NCBI GenBank assembly: GCA_964603385.1
Contig: CAZRUS010000001.1
Coordinates: forward strand, 12,187 to 76,186
Source of the DNA: an uncultured Anaerolineales bacterium
Lineage (GTDB): Bacteria > Chloroflexota > Anaerolineae > Anaerolineales > UBA11858
DNA length: 64,000 bases
Direction: 5' to 3'
Of this stretch, positions 27,863-37,091 are shown one piece after another (the stretch's first letter is position 1; every line of letters starts with the position of its first letter). A program made the position numbers and the translations under genes. A model generated the notes under the pieces. It was not told the origin of the DNA. It saw only the letters and a list, made by a program, of their open reading frames with translations, and searched no databases.

Positions 27863-28319
27863 AGTAGACATCAATACGCCAGCGCCAGATTTCAATCTGA
27901 AGGATTGGCAGGGCAGGGAAATCAAGCTGTCAGATTTCCGGGGGGAGAAGGTCGTCCTGCTGGTCTTCAACCGGGGTTTTGGTTGACCGTTCTGCCAGGC
28001 CCATATGGCGCAGTTGCGCCGTGATTATCAGAAATTCCAGCAGGCAGATGTGGAGATCCTGGTTGTTGGGCCGGAGGGGGAAAAGGCTTTCCGGCGGTAC
28101 TGGCAGAAACATGAGCTGCCCTTTATCGGACTGCCTGATCCAGAGCATAGTGTGCTGAAGCGCTACGGACAGGAGGTTAACCTTTTCAAGCTGGGCCGGA
28201 TGCCGGCCATGATGGTTGTGGACTGCCAGGGATTGGCCCGCTTTGTGCATTACGGGCATTCCATGCAGGACATCCCTGACAATGAGCAGGTTCTTTCCCT
28301 GATCAAGGAGATCCGCTGA
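27852..28319 (+). CDS. peroxiredoxin/redoxin-like (AhpC/TSA-Bcp type) protein with in-frame TGA 27984-27986: candidate selenoprotein (U-P-F-C)
   Basis: Track ORFs 27525..27986 and 28005..28319 share one frame. Read-through gives a 155-aa thioredoxin-fold protein: PAPDFNLKDWQGREIKLSDFRGEKVVLLVFNRGFG-U-PFCQAHMAQL. RBS GGGAGGG precedes ATG 27852. Confidence 0.7.
28007..28020 (+). promoter_or_regulatory. candidate bacterial SECIS hairpin for the redoxin gene
   Basis: GGCGC-AGUU-GCGCC, extendable by U-G/A-U/U-G pairs. It starts 20 nt after the TGA and has G and U in the apical loop. Confidence 0.35.
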
Positions 28320-28392
28320 TTGACGCCCGCTGTCCAGCCGGTATAGTGGCCTGGAAAGAAGCCTGGCGGGGGACAGACCGGGGTGCTGCCCC

Positions 28393-29454
28393 TCAGCGGA
28401 GAAGGTCCTGGGAGATCAAGCGGTCCAGCTTGCCCATCGGGTAGTCCTGCAATGCCTGGAGGGGAACCCATTCTGCAGCTGTATGATAGGTCAGCTGCAA
28501 ATCCCTGGAGTGCAGGGTGCAGGAAAATGCATGCAGGGTGACTTTATAATGCGTATAGGCATGATGGTAGACGCCAATTTTTTCCTCAACGGAGATCTTA
28601 ATCTGAAATTCTTCCCAGATTTCCCGGATGAGTGCATCTGGAAGGCTCTCATCAGGCTCCTGTTTCCCCCCTGGAAATTCCCACATCCCTCCCAGCAGTT
28701 CTTCTGGAGGGCGTTTGGCCAGCAGCACTCGATGGTTCTGTAGGAAGACCGCTGCGGTAACCTGGAGGTGGGGCAGAGGGTCTTTCTTCTCACGAACCGG
28801 CCTGTCCTCCTGAGTTCCTGCCCTCTTTGCCAGGCAGGCGGACGCCAGCGGGCAGATGGGGCAGCTGGGCGATGCTGGCGTACAGATCAGGGCCCCGAGC
28901 TCCATCAGCGCCTGATTGTAGCTCCCCGCTTTTCCCGGGGGCAGATTTTCTTCCACCAGATTCCAGAGGACTCTTTCCGTTTCCGCTGTGCCTGATGGAG
29001 AGCTGATGTCAAAATAACGGCTGAGCACACGACGGATGTTGCCATCCAGCGCTGCGGCATCTTTTCCGAAGGCGATCGATGACAGGGCGGCGGCTGTATA
29101 GCGGCCAATGCCGGGCAAGTTTCGCAGCGCGGCAGGATCCTCCGGCAGCATCCCACTGTACTCCTCCCGCACCATCCGGGCTGCCCGGTGCAAATTGCGG
29201 GCCCGGCTGTAATAGCCCAGGCCCTCCCAGAGGCCCAGCACTTGATCCTCCTCGGCATCTGCCACATCCTCCAGGGTGGGGAAGCGTTCCATCCAGCGCT
29301 GAAAGTAGGGGATGACTGTCTCTACCCGGGTTTGCTGGAGCATGATCTCAGAAACCCAGATGGCATATGGATCTGAGGATCTCCGCCAGGGGAGGTCCCG
29401 GGCATTCTCCCGGTACCATTTCAACAAGGCGTTGGTGTCGATGGGCTTCATCAT
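28393..29454 (-). CDS. mutY: A/G-specific adenine DNA glycosylase MutY (with C-terminal NUDIX-like domain)
   Basis: LLKWYRENARDLPWRR..DPY.IWVSEIMLQQTRV, a C-x6-C-x2-C-x5-C Fe-S cluster loop, and GGMWEFPGGK in the NUDIX-like domain. Start trimmed to ATG 29454. Confidence 0.85.
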   Translation of the reverse strand: MMKPIDTNALLKWYRENARDLPWRRSSDPYAIWVSEIMLQQTRVETVIPYFQRWMERFPTLEDVADAEEDQVLGLWEGLGYYSRARNLHRAARMVREEYSGMLPEDPAALRNLPGIGRYTAAALSSIAFGKDAAALDGNIRRVLSRYFDISSPSGTAETERVLWNLVEENLPPGKAGSYNQALMELGALICTPASPSCPICPLASACLAKRAGTQEDRPVREKKDPLPHLQVTAAVFLQNHRVLLAKRPPEELLGGMWEFPGGKQEPDESLPDALIREIWEEFQIKISVEEKIGVYHHAYTHYKVTLHAFSCTLHSRDLQLTYHTAAEWVPLQALQDYPMGKLDRLISQDLLR

Positions 29455-29715
29455 TGAGGACCAGTTAGAATTCAAGTAGAGGGCAGCAAATTTGTCCCAG
29501 TGTACCACAGGCGGGCGAGGCAGGCGCAAGCCCCGGAGGCTGCAGGTGAAAATTCCTGATTGCGCCGGCGGGAGCTCTCCTGTATACTTTGTAATACGGC
29601 AGGATGTCAACACGGCAATGTTCATCCACTGGCTGCCCCTCCAAGGCGCCTGCTGCCACAGCCCAGGCTGAACCACAGTCAATCCCCCCGACGGGAAGGA
29701 TTTGGCAGGATTCTG

Positions 29716-30888
29716 ATGAAAAAGACACAACCATTGTTAATGGCAAGATTCCTTTTCCTGGTGGTGATGGCAGCGCTTCTGCTCACCGCCTGCCAGCAGG
29801 AGGAAGCCGGCACACCTTTGCCCGAGAATGTGGTCAAAGCGGGTGTGGCTGCCACCCTGACCAAACAGGCCTTTGCCAGCAGTGTGGATGCTGTTCGGCT
29901 GACAGAGACAGCGGCCAATCTGCCGACCAGCACACCGGATTTTACCGAAACTCCAACCGCAGCCCCAACCTTTACCCCTTCCCCGGAACCGGCTCATTAC
30001 ATCATTCCCGGGGCCCCCAGCATCCGGAACACATTTGTCACCGATCTGATCACAGTCGATCTCGCCAAGGACAAAACAGCTGTCGGGGATAACTATTCCT
30101 GGAGCAGGATGGAGCGTCCCTACACGCCAGAGACGATGGAATACCGCGGGGATCTGGATATCATGCGGGTCGATTTTCAAGTAGCGGAGCCCTGGGTCTA
30201 TCTGACGTTTATCCTGGTGGAGGATCTGCCTCTGGAAGGGGAGTCCCGATATGCGGTGGAGCTGGATACCGATCACGACGGGCGGGGAGACGTTTTGGTG
30301 ACTGTACCCGTCCCGGCCAGCGCGGAATGGACCACGGACGGAGTCCAGGTATTTGAGGACAGGGATGAGGATATCGGAGGGTTGTTCCCTCTCTATGAAG
30401 ATACCTCCGATCCGGATCAGAACGGGTATGAGACCCGGGTGTTCCCAGAGGGGACCAGCGAAGATCCTGATCTGGCCTGGGTGCGTCGCGATCCGGAGGA
30501 GGACAGCCAGCTGCAAATGGCATTCAAGAAAGAGCTCATCGGTCAGAGCGGTCTGTTGTGGAGCGCCTGGACCAACGGGGGATTAATGGACCCATCTTTA
30601 TATGATTTCAATGACCACTATCCATTTGAGGAGGCAGGCAGTCCCAACAAAGGGAACTACCGCTACCCGGTCAAAGCGGTCGCCCTGGTGGACAGCACCT
30701 GCCGCTCCTGGTATGGGTATATCCCGACGGGAACGGAGCCCGGGTTGTGCTACACCAACCAGCAGCCCCAAAAGGATCAGCCCGGCCTGGGGTACTGCGT
30801 GGCCACCTACTCGCCGCAGGGCTGTCAGTCTTCCTGTTTGGTGGAGTGCCCGGAAGGGGAGCTCTGCGTTCCCTGCCGGCGGAAATGA
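29716..30888 (+). CDS. secreted lipoprotein, unknown family, paralog 1 of 3 (acidic DxDxDGxGD core, 8-Cys C-terminal module)
   Basis: Signal peptide with lipobox LLLTA-C, a Pro/Thr linker, and the conserved core EYRGDLDI...YAVELDTDHDGRGD...DPDLAWVRR...VDSTCRSWYGY..G.EPGLC. Confidence 0.7.
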   Translation: MKKTQPLLMARFLFLVVMAALLLTACQQEEAGTPLPENVVKAGVAATLTKQAFASSVDAVRLTETAANLPTSTPDFTETPTAAPTFTPSPEPAHYIIPGAPSIRNTFVTDLITVDLAKDKTAVGDNYSWSRMERPYTPETMEYRGDLDIMRVDFQVAEPWVYLTFILVEDLPLEGESRYAVELDTDHDGRGDVLVTVPVPASAEWTTDGVQVFEDRDEDIGGLFPLYEDTSDPDQNGYETRVFPEGTSEDPDLAWVRRDPEEDSQLQMAFKKELIGQSGLLWSAWTNGGLMDPSLYDFNDHYPFEEAGSPNKGNYRYPVKAVALVDSTCRSWYGYIPTGTEPGLCYTNQQPQKDQPGLGYCVATYSPQGCQSSCLVECPEGELCVPCRRK

Positions 30889-30972
30889 AAGCTGAAGATT
30901 GCCCGGAATAGACATTTCACCTTTAACGTAGAACATGGATTCCATTTTCCATTCTCGTGAGGAGAGAAACAG

Positions 30973-32130
30973 ATGAACAAGCGCTGCTCCCTGCTGATGA
31001 TCTTGGTCCACCTTTCCCTGCTGGCAGCATCCTGCGGACCGGCTGACACTCAGGAATCGCAGGATTTGGGGGAAGTTATTGCCGCTGGTGTGGCCTCCAC
31101 CCTCACCCAGGAGGCGCTGGAGCAGGCTCTGGGTCAGAGCCAGGAGGATCAGGTAACTGAGGAACCTACCGCTGTGCCGCCCACCCAGACCCCGGAGCCG
31201 GAAATTGTTCATACCATGCTTCCGGACGCCCCGTTCGAAAAGATCAATACCTACCTGACCGACTTCAATTCCATCGATTTTGCCTTTGAGGGCTAATCCT
31301 ACGGGGATCAATTCATCATCAACCGCTTTGAGCGGCCCTTTACCGCTGAGATGGTGGAATACCGGGGATACCTGGATATTATCCGTTCCAACATGCGGGT
31401 AAACCCGCCCTGGATTTATGTGGATATTCTTTTCGCCGAGTCTCTACCCGAAAACAGCCAGGCCCGCTACGGGTTGGAGCTGGACCTGGACGAGGACGGC
31501 CGGGGAGATGTGATTGTTCTGGCCAGGCAGCCGGTCAGTTCGGAATGGACGGTGGAAGGCGTAGCTGTATATCAGGACACGGACGGCGATGTCGGCGGAG
31601 CACAGCCGCTGCTCTCTGATCCGGTGGATGAGTCCCTGACCGGGTATGAAGAGGTCATCTTTGAGGAAGGACGCGGGGAAGATCCTGATCTCGCCTGGGT
31701 GCGGCTGCATCCCGAGGAGGAGAACATCCTCCAGATGGCGGTTAAGACGGATCTGACCGGATCCGCCGGTTTTTTGTGGAGTGTGTGGGCCGACGAGGGG
31801 CTGGACGATCCGGCGATGTTTGACTACAATGACCGCTTCACCTTCTCCATGGCCGGCAGCCCCTTCCCGGATCATCAATTTCATCCCATCAAAGAGATTT
31901 ACCTGGTGGACAGCACCTGCCGCTCCTGGTATGGGTATGAGCCGGCAGGGGACGAACCCGGCCTCTGCCAGGTATACATCAAAGAAGGACCCGATAAGGG
32001 ATGGAAGTTATGCTACCAGGTGTCAGACACCTTTTTTGTATGCAGTGATATTTGTCAAAAGAGGTGCCCAGCGGATCTTCCTGATCGATATTTCTGTGAG
32101 CCCTGTACTATCCCCAAATCACAGGAATAA
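30973..32130 (+). pseudogene. paralog 2 of the lipoprotein family, interrupted by in-frame TAA (31294-31296)
   Basis: Track ORFs 30973..31296 and 31351..32130 are in the same frame. FEG-TAA-SYGDQFIINRFERPF aligns with EEGYTYGDVYYLNRFERPF of paralog 3, so the stop sits at a Tyr codon position. Lipobox LLAAS-C, RBS GAGGAG. Confidence 0.6.
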
Positions 32131-32283
32131 CTTCCAGAGCCTGCCTTTCCCGGCGGGCTCTTTTCATCCCTGGGATTGTGAAATCAATCAGTTGATTACA
32201 GCAGTCAATCAAGGACTTTATTGACGTTTTCTGATTTCTTGATTAAACTTCATCCTGGTATGTCATCCATTGAGGAGAAGGGT

Positions 32284-33486
32284 ATGAAGCGTTTGACGGC
32301 GGCTCAGCTGCTGCTGGTACTCAGCCTGCTGCTATCGGCCTGCGGAGGATCGCGCCCGTCGGGTGGAGGCAGCATTGAGGAGGCCGTGCAGGCCGGTGTG
32401 GCAGCCACCCTGACCAAGGAAGCCTGGCTGGAGGGAGTGGAAGCTGCCCGCCAGACTTCGATTGCCGGGGAAGCCGACCAGGCTCAGGGCACCTCGGCCC
32501 CTGAGCTGGCGTCTCCATCAGCCACGGGAACTCCCCAGCCAGCTGGGGATACCAGCACCCCCGAGGGGCCCGATGCAGCCCAGGCGGTGGAGCACAGGAT
32601 GACCCCGGGCGCGCAGATGGAGCGGATTAACACCTTTGTAACCGATTTCAATTCCATCGATTATGGGGAGGAAGGCTACACCTATGGGGATGTATACTAC
32701 CTCAACCGCTTTGAACGTCCCTTCACAGCTCAGTCCATGGAGTATCGGGGATACCTGGATATCACGCTGGTCAACTGGAAGGTAAATTCTCCCTGGATCT
32801 TTGGCATAGTTTTCCTTGCCGAGGAGCTGCCGGAAAGCGGCAGTGTTCGCTACGCCCTGGAGATTGATCTGGATGAGAATGGTCGGGGGGATTATCTGAT
32901 CCTGGGGGATCTGCCCACCAGTCAGGAATGGAGTACAAACGGCGTTCGGGTGCTGACTGACCAGGATCAAGATGTCGGGGGGGATACCCCCCTGTTTGCC
33001 AATAATCCAGACCCGGAGCTCAATGGATATGAAACGGTGATATTTGACCGCGGGTCCGGCGCTGACCCCGATCTGGCCTGGGTACGCAGGAATCCAGCGG
33101 ACCCCCGCAGTGTGGAGATCGCGTTTAAAGAGAGTCTGCTCGGCCCCGGCGGTTATATGTGGAGCGCCTGGGCTGATGAGGGGATCCAGAATCCGGGCTG
33201 GTTTGATTATAATGACCGCATTCCCTTCACCAACGCGGGCAGTCCCAACCCGGATCATCCCTACTATCCCATCAAGGAAATTGAGCTGGTGGACAGCACC
33301 TGCCGCTCCTGGTACGGCTTTCAACCTACCGGAAATGAGCCCGGACTCTGCGCAGCATCCACCGGAACAGAAAAAATTGAAGGATTTTGCCCTCGCTACG
33401 AATCCGGGGTTCAGCCGGACTGCAGCCAGGTCTGTCTGACCTACTGTCCATCCGATGCGGATTTCTGTATTCCCTGCCGCCGGTAG
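32284..33486 (+). CDS. secreted lipoprotein, unknown family, paralog 3 of 3
   Basis: Lipobox LLLSA-C and RBS GAGGAG 6 nt before ATG 32284. It has the same conserved core and 8-Cys C-terminus as paralogs 1 and 2. Confidence 0.7.
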   Translation: MKRLTAAQLLLVLSLLLSACGGSRPSGGGSIEEAVQAGVAATLTKEAWLEGVEAARQTSIAGEADQAQGTSAPELASPSATGTPQPAGDTSTPEGPDAAQAVEHRMTPGAQMERINTFVTDFNSIDYGEEGYTYGDVYYLNRFERPFTAQSMEYRGYLDITLVNWKVNSPWIFGIVFLAEELPESGSVRYALEIDLDENGRGDYLILGDLPTSQEWSTNGVRVLTDQDQDVGGDTPLFANNPDPELNGYETVIFDRGSGADPDLAWVRRNPADPRSVEIAFKESLLGPGGYMWSAWADEGIQNPGWFDYNDRIPFTNAGSPNPDHPYYPIKEIELVDSTCRSWYGFQPTGNEPGLCAASTGTEKIEGFCPRYESGVQPDCSQVCLTYCPSDADFCIPCRR

Positions 33487-33509
33487 GTCAGAGAAGTTTT
33501 TTTTCCTGC

Positions 33510-33547
33510 AACGGCTGTGGCACCCAGCGCACAGCCGTTTTCTTTTG
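33510..33547 (+). terminator. rho-independent terminator after the lipoprotein genes
   Basis: AACGGCTGTG-gcacccagcg-CACAGCCGTT (10-bp perfect stem) followed by TTCTTTT. Confidence 0.7.
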
Positions 33548-33573
33548 ACAGGCAAGGGCATCCATGCTACACT
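33545..33573 (+). promoter_or_regulatory. sigma70-type promoter of the ABC transporter operon
   Basis: TTGACA (33545-33550), 17-nt spacer, TACACT (33568-33573), about 40 nt before ATG 33615. Confidence 0.55.
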
Positions 33574-33614
33574 GGCGGCGGTGAAAGACCGGTTTACTGG
33601 AATGGCAAGGACCG

Positions 33615-34571
33615 ATGAAAACTTCTTCTCTCTCCTGGATGTTGGGAATCCTGATAATGACAATTGTGATGCTGACCGGTTGTGAAACGGCAGCTGAGGA
33701 GCAGGTCACCATCCGTCTGGCGCTGCTGCCAATTGTAGACAGCCTGCCAGTGCATGCCGCTCTTCAGGAAGGCTATTTTGAGGCCTACGATCTCCAGGTG
33801 GAGGTTATCCCGGTTGCCTCAGCACCGGAGCGGGATCAGCTGGTGGCGGCCGGCAGAGCGGAGGGTATGATAAATGAGCTGGTCTCCACCATGTTTTTCA
33901 ACCGTCAGGAAGAACGGGTGCAAATCATCCGTACCGCCCGGGCAGCAACGGAAAAGCAGGCCGTCTTCCGTATTCTGGCAGCTCCGGACGCCGGTGTGAA
34001 AACCCCTGAAGATTTGAAAGGTGTCGATATCGGCATCTCGGAGGGGACCGTAATAGAATACCTTACCGACCGGCTGCTGACTGCAGAAGGCCTCTCCGAG
34101 GAGGAGATCAAAAAGGTGGCTGTGCCCCGCATTCCCGATCGGCTCTCCCTGCTGGCATCCGGGGAGCTTACGGCAGCGGTTCTCCCTGATCCCTTGGCAT
34201 CGCTGGCTATTCAGGAGGGGGCCGTGGTGGTGCTGGACGATTCCAGCCACCCGGAGTTTGGACTCAGCGTGTATACATTTCGGGTTGAATTCCTGCAGGC
34301 CCACCCTCAGGCTGTCCGCGGGTTTCTGCTGGCGCTGGAAAAAGCTGTCGGGGAGATTAACAACCAGCCAGAAAAATACAGTGGGCTGTTGATGGAAAAA
34401 GAATTGGTCCCGACACAGCTGCTGGAAAATTATCAAGTGCCGGATTTTCCACTGGCTGCGGTGCCGGATCGATCCCAGTGGGCAGATGCCCTGGCCTGGG
34501 CGCTGGACAGGGAACTTCTGGAGAGTGAGCTGGAGTACCAAAAATCGGTCAACGGAAATTATCTTCCCTGA
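33615..34571 (+). CDS. ABC transporter substrate-binding lipoprotein, NMT1/THI5 (sulfonate/nitrate/taurine, SsuA/TauA-like) family
   Basis: Lipobox MLTG-C, periplasmic-binding-protein size, and genomic coupling to SsuB/SsuC-like genes. Confidence 0.7.
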   Translation: MKTSSLSWMLGILIMTIVMLTGCETAAEEQVTIRLALLPIVDSLPVHAALQEGYFEAYDLQVEVIPVASAPERDQLVAAGRAEGMINELVSTMFFNRQEERVQIIRTARAATEKQAVFRILAAPDAGVKTPEDLKGVDIGISEGTVIEYLTDRLLTAEGLSEEEIKKVAVPRIPDRLSLLASGELTAAVLPDPLASLAIQEGAVVVLDDSSHPEFGLSVYTFRVEFLQAHPQAVRGFLLALEKAVGEINNQPEKYSGLLMEKELVPTQLLENYQVPDFPLAAVPDRSQWADALAWALDRELLESELEYQKSVNGNYLP

Positions 34572-34576
34572 GAACC

Positions 34577-35398
34577 ATGGCCGGGATCGCCAACGGATGT
34601 GATCGTTCACTCATGAGTACATCTGCTAAGCTGCAGTTTCGGAACGTATCCTTCTCTTACAGCGATGAGCAGGAGCTTTTCTCTGCATTTAATTGGCAGG
34701 TTTTCAGCGGTCAGAGCTGGGCCGTGCTGGGTCCGTCTGGCTGCGGAAAAACCACCCTGCTGACGCTGGCGGCCGGGTTGGAGTTTCCCCGGCAGGGGGG
34801 AATTAGGGTCGCTGGCCGTCCCCTGGAGCGTCCCCGTCCCGGTACCGGGCTGATCCTGCAGGATTACGGCCTTTTACCGTGGGCAACAGTCCAGGAGAAT
34901 GCCGGCCTGGGCCTGCGAATCCGCAGATTTTACGGCCCGGACGGAACGCATGCCCCGCTGCAAGAAGTCCCTCAGGGGGATATCTCCCACTGGTTGGAGC
35001 GGTTGGGCATTGCCGCGCTGGCCGATCAATATCCGGCTCAGATCTCGGGGGGGGAACGCCAGCGAACCGCCATCGCCCGCACGCTGGCCTTAAATCCTGA
35101 TCTGCTGCTGATGGATGAACCTTTTGCCTCTCTGGATGCGCCGACCCGGCGCAGCCTTCAGGAGCTGGTTTTGGAGCTGAAAGCAGAACATGAGCTCACC
35201 CTGGTCACCGTCACCCATACCCTGGAAGAAGCAGCCGTGCTGGGGGAAAAGATTCTCCTGCTCGGCCATCCTCCCCACAGGGAGTTGACCGTAATTGATA
35301 ACCCCCAGGGGGGGAAGCCGGGATTCAGGGGAAGCAGCGCTTACTACCGTTTCTGTGCCCGGATCAGCGAGGAGATGGATCGGGAGGTGAAGGGGTGA
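34577..35398 (+). CDS. ABC transporter ATP-binding protein (SsuB/TauB-like)
   Basis: Walker A GPSGCGKTTLL, signature ISGGERQRTAIAR, Walker B LLLMDEPF. An alternative start is at ATG 34613. Confidence 0.85.
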   Translation: MAGIANGCDRSLMSTSAKLQFRNVSFSYSDEQELFSAFNWQVFSGQSWAVLGPSGCGKTTLLTLAAGLEFPRQGGIRVAGRPLERPRPGTGLILQDYGLLPWATVQENAGLGLRIRRFYGPDGTHAPLQEVPQGDISHWLERLGIAALADQYPAQISGGERQRTAIARTLALNPDLLLMDEPFASLDAPTRRSLQELVLELKAEHELTLVTVTHTLEEAAVLGEKILLLGHPPHRELTVIDNPQGGKPGFRGSSAYYRFCARISEEMDREVKG

Positions 35399-36141
35399 AA
35401 ATGCGCCCACGTGATGTCCTGCTGGCCTTGATCGGGGTATTCTTATTCTGGGAGGTCCTGGCGCTGGGTTTCAATCAAGCGATCTTTCCACCTGCTCACC
35501 AGGTTCTGGTGGTCTTTACCCAGGAGATCGGCAGCGACCTGGGAGGGCATTTTCTGGCCAGCCTCTACCGGGTGGTGGCCAGTACGATCCTGGCCCTGCT
35601 GCTGGCGGTGCCGGTAGGTCTGGCTCTGGGGCAGTCACCGCGCTGGAACAATTTCTTTTCCCCGGTGATTTATCTGCTCTATCCTTTCCCCAAGGTGGTG
35701 CTGGTGCCCATCCTGATCATCCTGTTTGGCATCGGGGACCTGCCCAAGATATTGATCATTCTGATCATTCTTTTCTTTCAGATCCTGGTGTTGGTGCGGG
35801 ATCAAGCAGCAGGACTGCAGACAGAGCTGATCCAGAGTGTGCGCAGCCTGGGGGCAGGGAGGCGGGCGCTGTTCCGGTATGTTTATCTGCCAGCCAGTCT
35901 GCCGGCGGTGCTCACTGCTTTACGGCAGTCAGTGGGCACTGCGGTGGCTGTCCTTTATGTGGCCGAACTGTTTGCCACCCGCTGGGGGCTGGGATATTAC
36001 ATCTATCTGCAAGGTAGCACGCTGTTTGATTATCCGGCCATGTATGCCGGGATCCTGGCCATGAGTCTGCTGGGCTTCGGGTTGTATTTCAGTGTAGAGT
36101 GGCTGGAAGACAGACTCTGTCCCTGGCTACATGCAGATTGA
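35395..36141 (+). CDS. ABC transporter permease (SsuC/TauC-like, BPD_transp_1)
   Basis: Six-TM protein with an EAA-like loop (SVRSLGAGRRALFRYVYLPASLP). Its GTG start overlaps the upstream stop (GTGA). Confidence 0.8.
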   Translation: MKMRPRDVLLALIGVFLFWEVLALGFNQAIFPPAHQVLVVFTQEIGSDLGGHFLASLYRVVASTILALLLAVPVGLALGQSPRWNNFFSPVIYLLYPFPKVVLVPILIILFGIGDLPKILIILIILFFQILVLVRDQAAGLQTELIQSVRSLGAGRRALFRYVYLPASLPAVLTALRQSVGTAVAVLYVAELFATRWGLGYYIYLQGSTLFDYPAMYAGILAMSLLGFGLYFSVEWLEDRLCPWLHAD

Positions 36142-36533
36142 GGCCGGATCAAGCAACAATAAAGCACCCACTCCCTGCGGCACCTCGTTTGATGCTGAGG
36201 GGCGGGGTCAGGAATGAACCGACAATCATGGGAGTTAGCTCACCCGCCTGGAAACTGTATCTCACCACCATGACGCGGTCATCTCTTGATATGATTTCTA
36301 CCCAAATACCGCGGATGGATAAATTCCGTTAAATCCCAGGCTCATGCTTCATAACCAGGCGATAAAAATTAACTCCTCCTGCTGAATGCGGGATGGACCG
36401 CAGGTCCACATAGAAATATCGGGTCTGTGATCATCACCCGGTTGAACGGATCAGGCCAAAACGATCTCTTCCCCCCGAGTTTTCTCTCAGCTTAACCAGG
36501 AAAGGCAGCCTTTTCCCCGATGTATGGATAGAT

Positions 36534-37091
36534 TCATTCATCAAACGCTTGCCACTGCTTGATGACATCATCATAGTGCAGTTGATCGTGATACACCCCT
36601 ATCTGAAGGGTTAGAATGAGATTGATAAAACCAAACAGGGGATCAAAAAGATAAACATGGCCCAGCAAAGATTCATCTTTTCCTTCATAGAACGCCCGTA
36701 CATCCTGATGAACACGTCGTGTTTCATCAAGTAATGTTGATAAAGAAACTGGATTTTTTTCTGAGTATTTAGGTGTCCATAAAAAGCCTACCCTGTGTGG
36801 AAAGCTTTGCTGGCGATAGGGATCTTCCATTTCTTTCTTATATGGCGTGTTTTTCAATAGATTTCCCAGCCATCGAAACCTGCGCCAGGCAAATTTGACC
36901 AGGGGGAACATGCTTCGAATGAGCAGAATATTATGGTGAAGGATCTCTCCGATACTCCATTCTCCAGGAGTGGGTTGCTGCCAAAGCTGTTCCTGGCTGA
37001 TACCATCCAGATTGGCAATCATCATTTCCCGTTGAGATTCCATCAGTTCCAGGTATTTATTTACAACGTGATCTTCCGTTTCTTTCGACAC
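36534..37091 (-). CDS. DinB-family (DinB_2) four-helix-bundle protein
   Basis: ...QQPTPGEWSIGEILHH... and a C-terminal ...YHDQLH... His triad pattern. The gene is AT-richer than its surroundings. Confidence 0.6.
   Translation of the reverse strand: MSKETEDHVVNKYLELMESQREMMIANLDGISQEQLWQQPTPGEWSIGEILHHNILLIRSMFPLVKFAWRRFRWLGNLLKNTPYKKEMEDPYRQQSFPHRVGFLWTPKYSEKNPVSLSTLLDETRRVHQDVRAFYEGKDESLLGHVYLFDPLFGFINLILTLQIGVYHDQLHYDDVIKQWQAFDE

Noticed and set aside
29455-29730. N-terminal extension of the MutY ORF (track start 29730), and likewise the track starts 29560 and 32221 of the lipoprotein ORFs
   Set aside because: The conserved MutY N-terminus (…LLKWYREN…) begins right after ATG 29454. The lipoproteins start at the Met preceding their signal peptides, and the extensions overlap divergent genes or intergenic DNA.
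32518-33663. 381-aa minus-strand ORF
   Set aside because: It is antisense to lipoprotein paralog 3 and crosses the terminator and promoter at 33510-33573.
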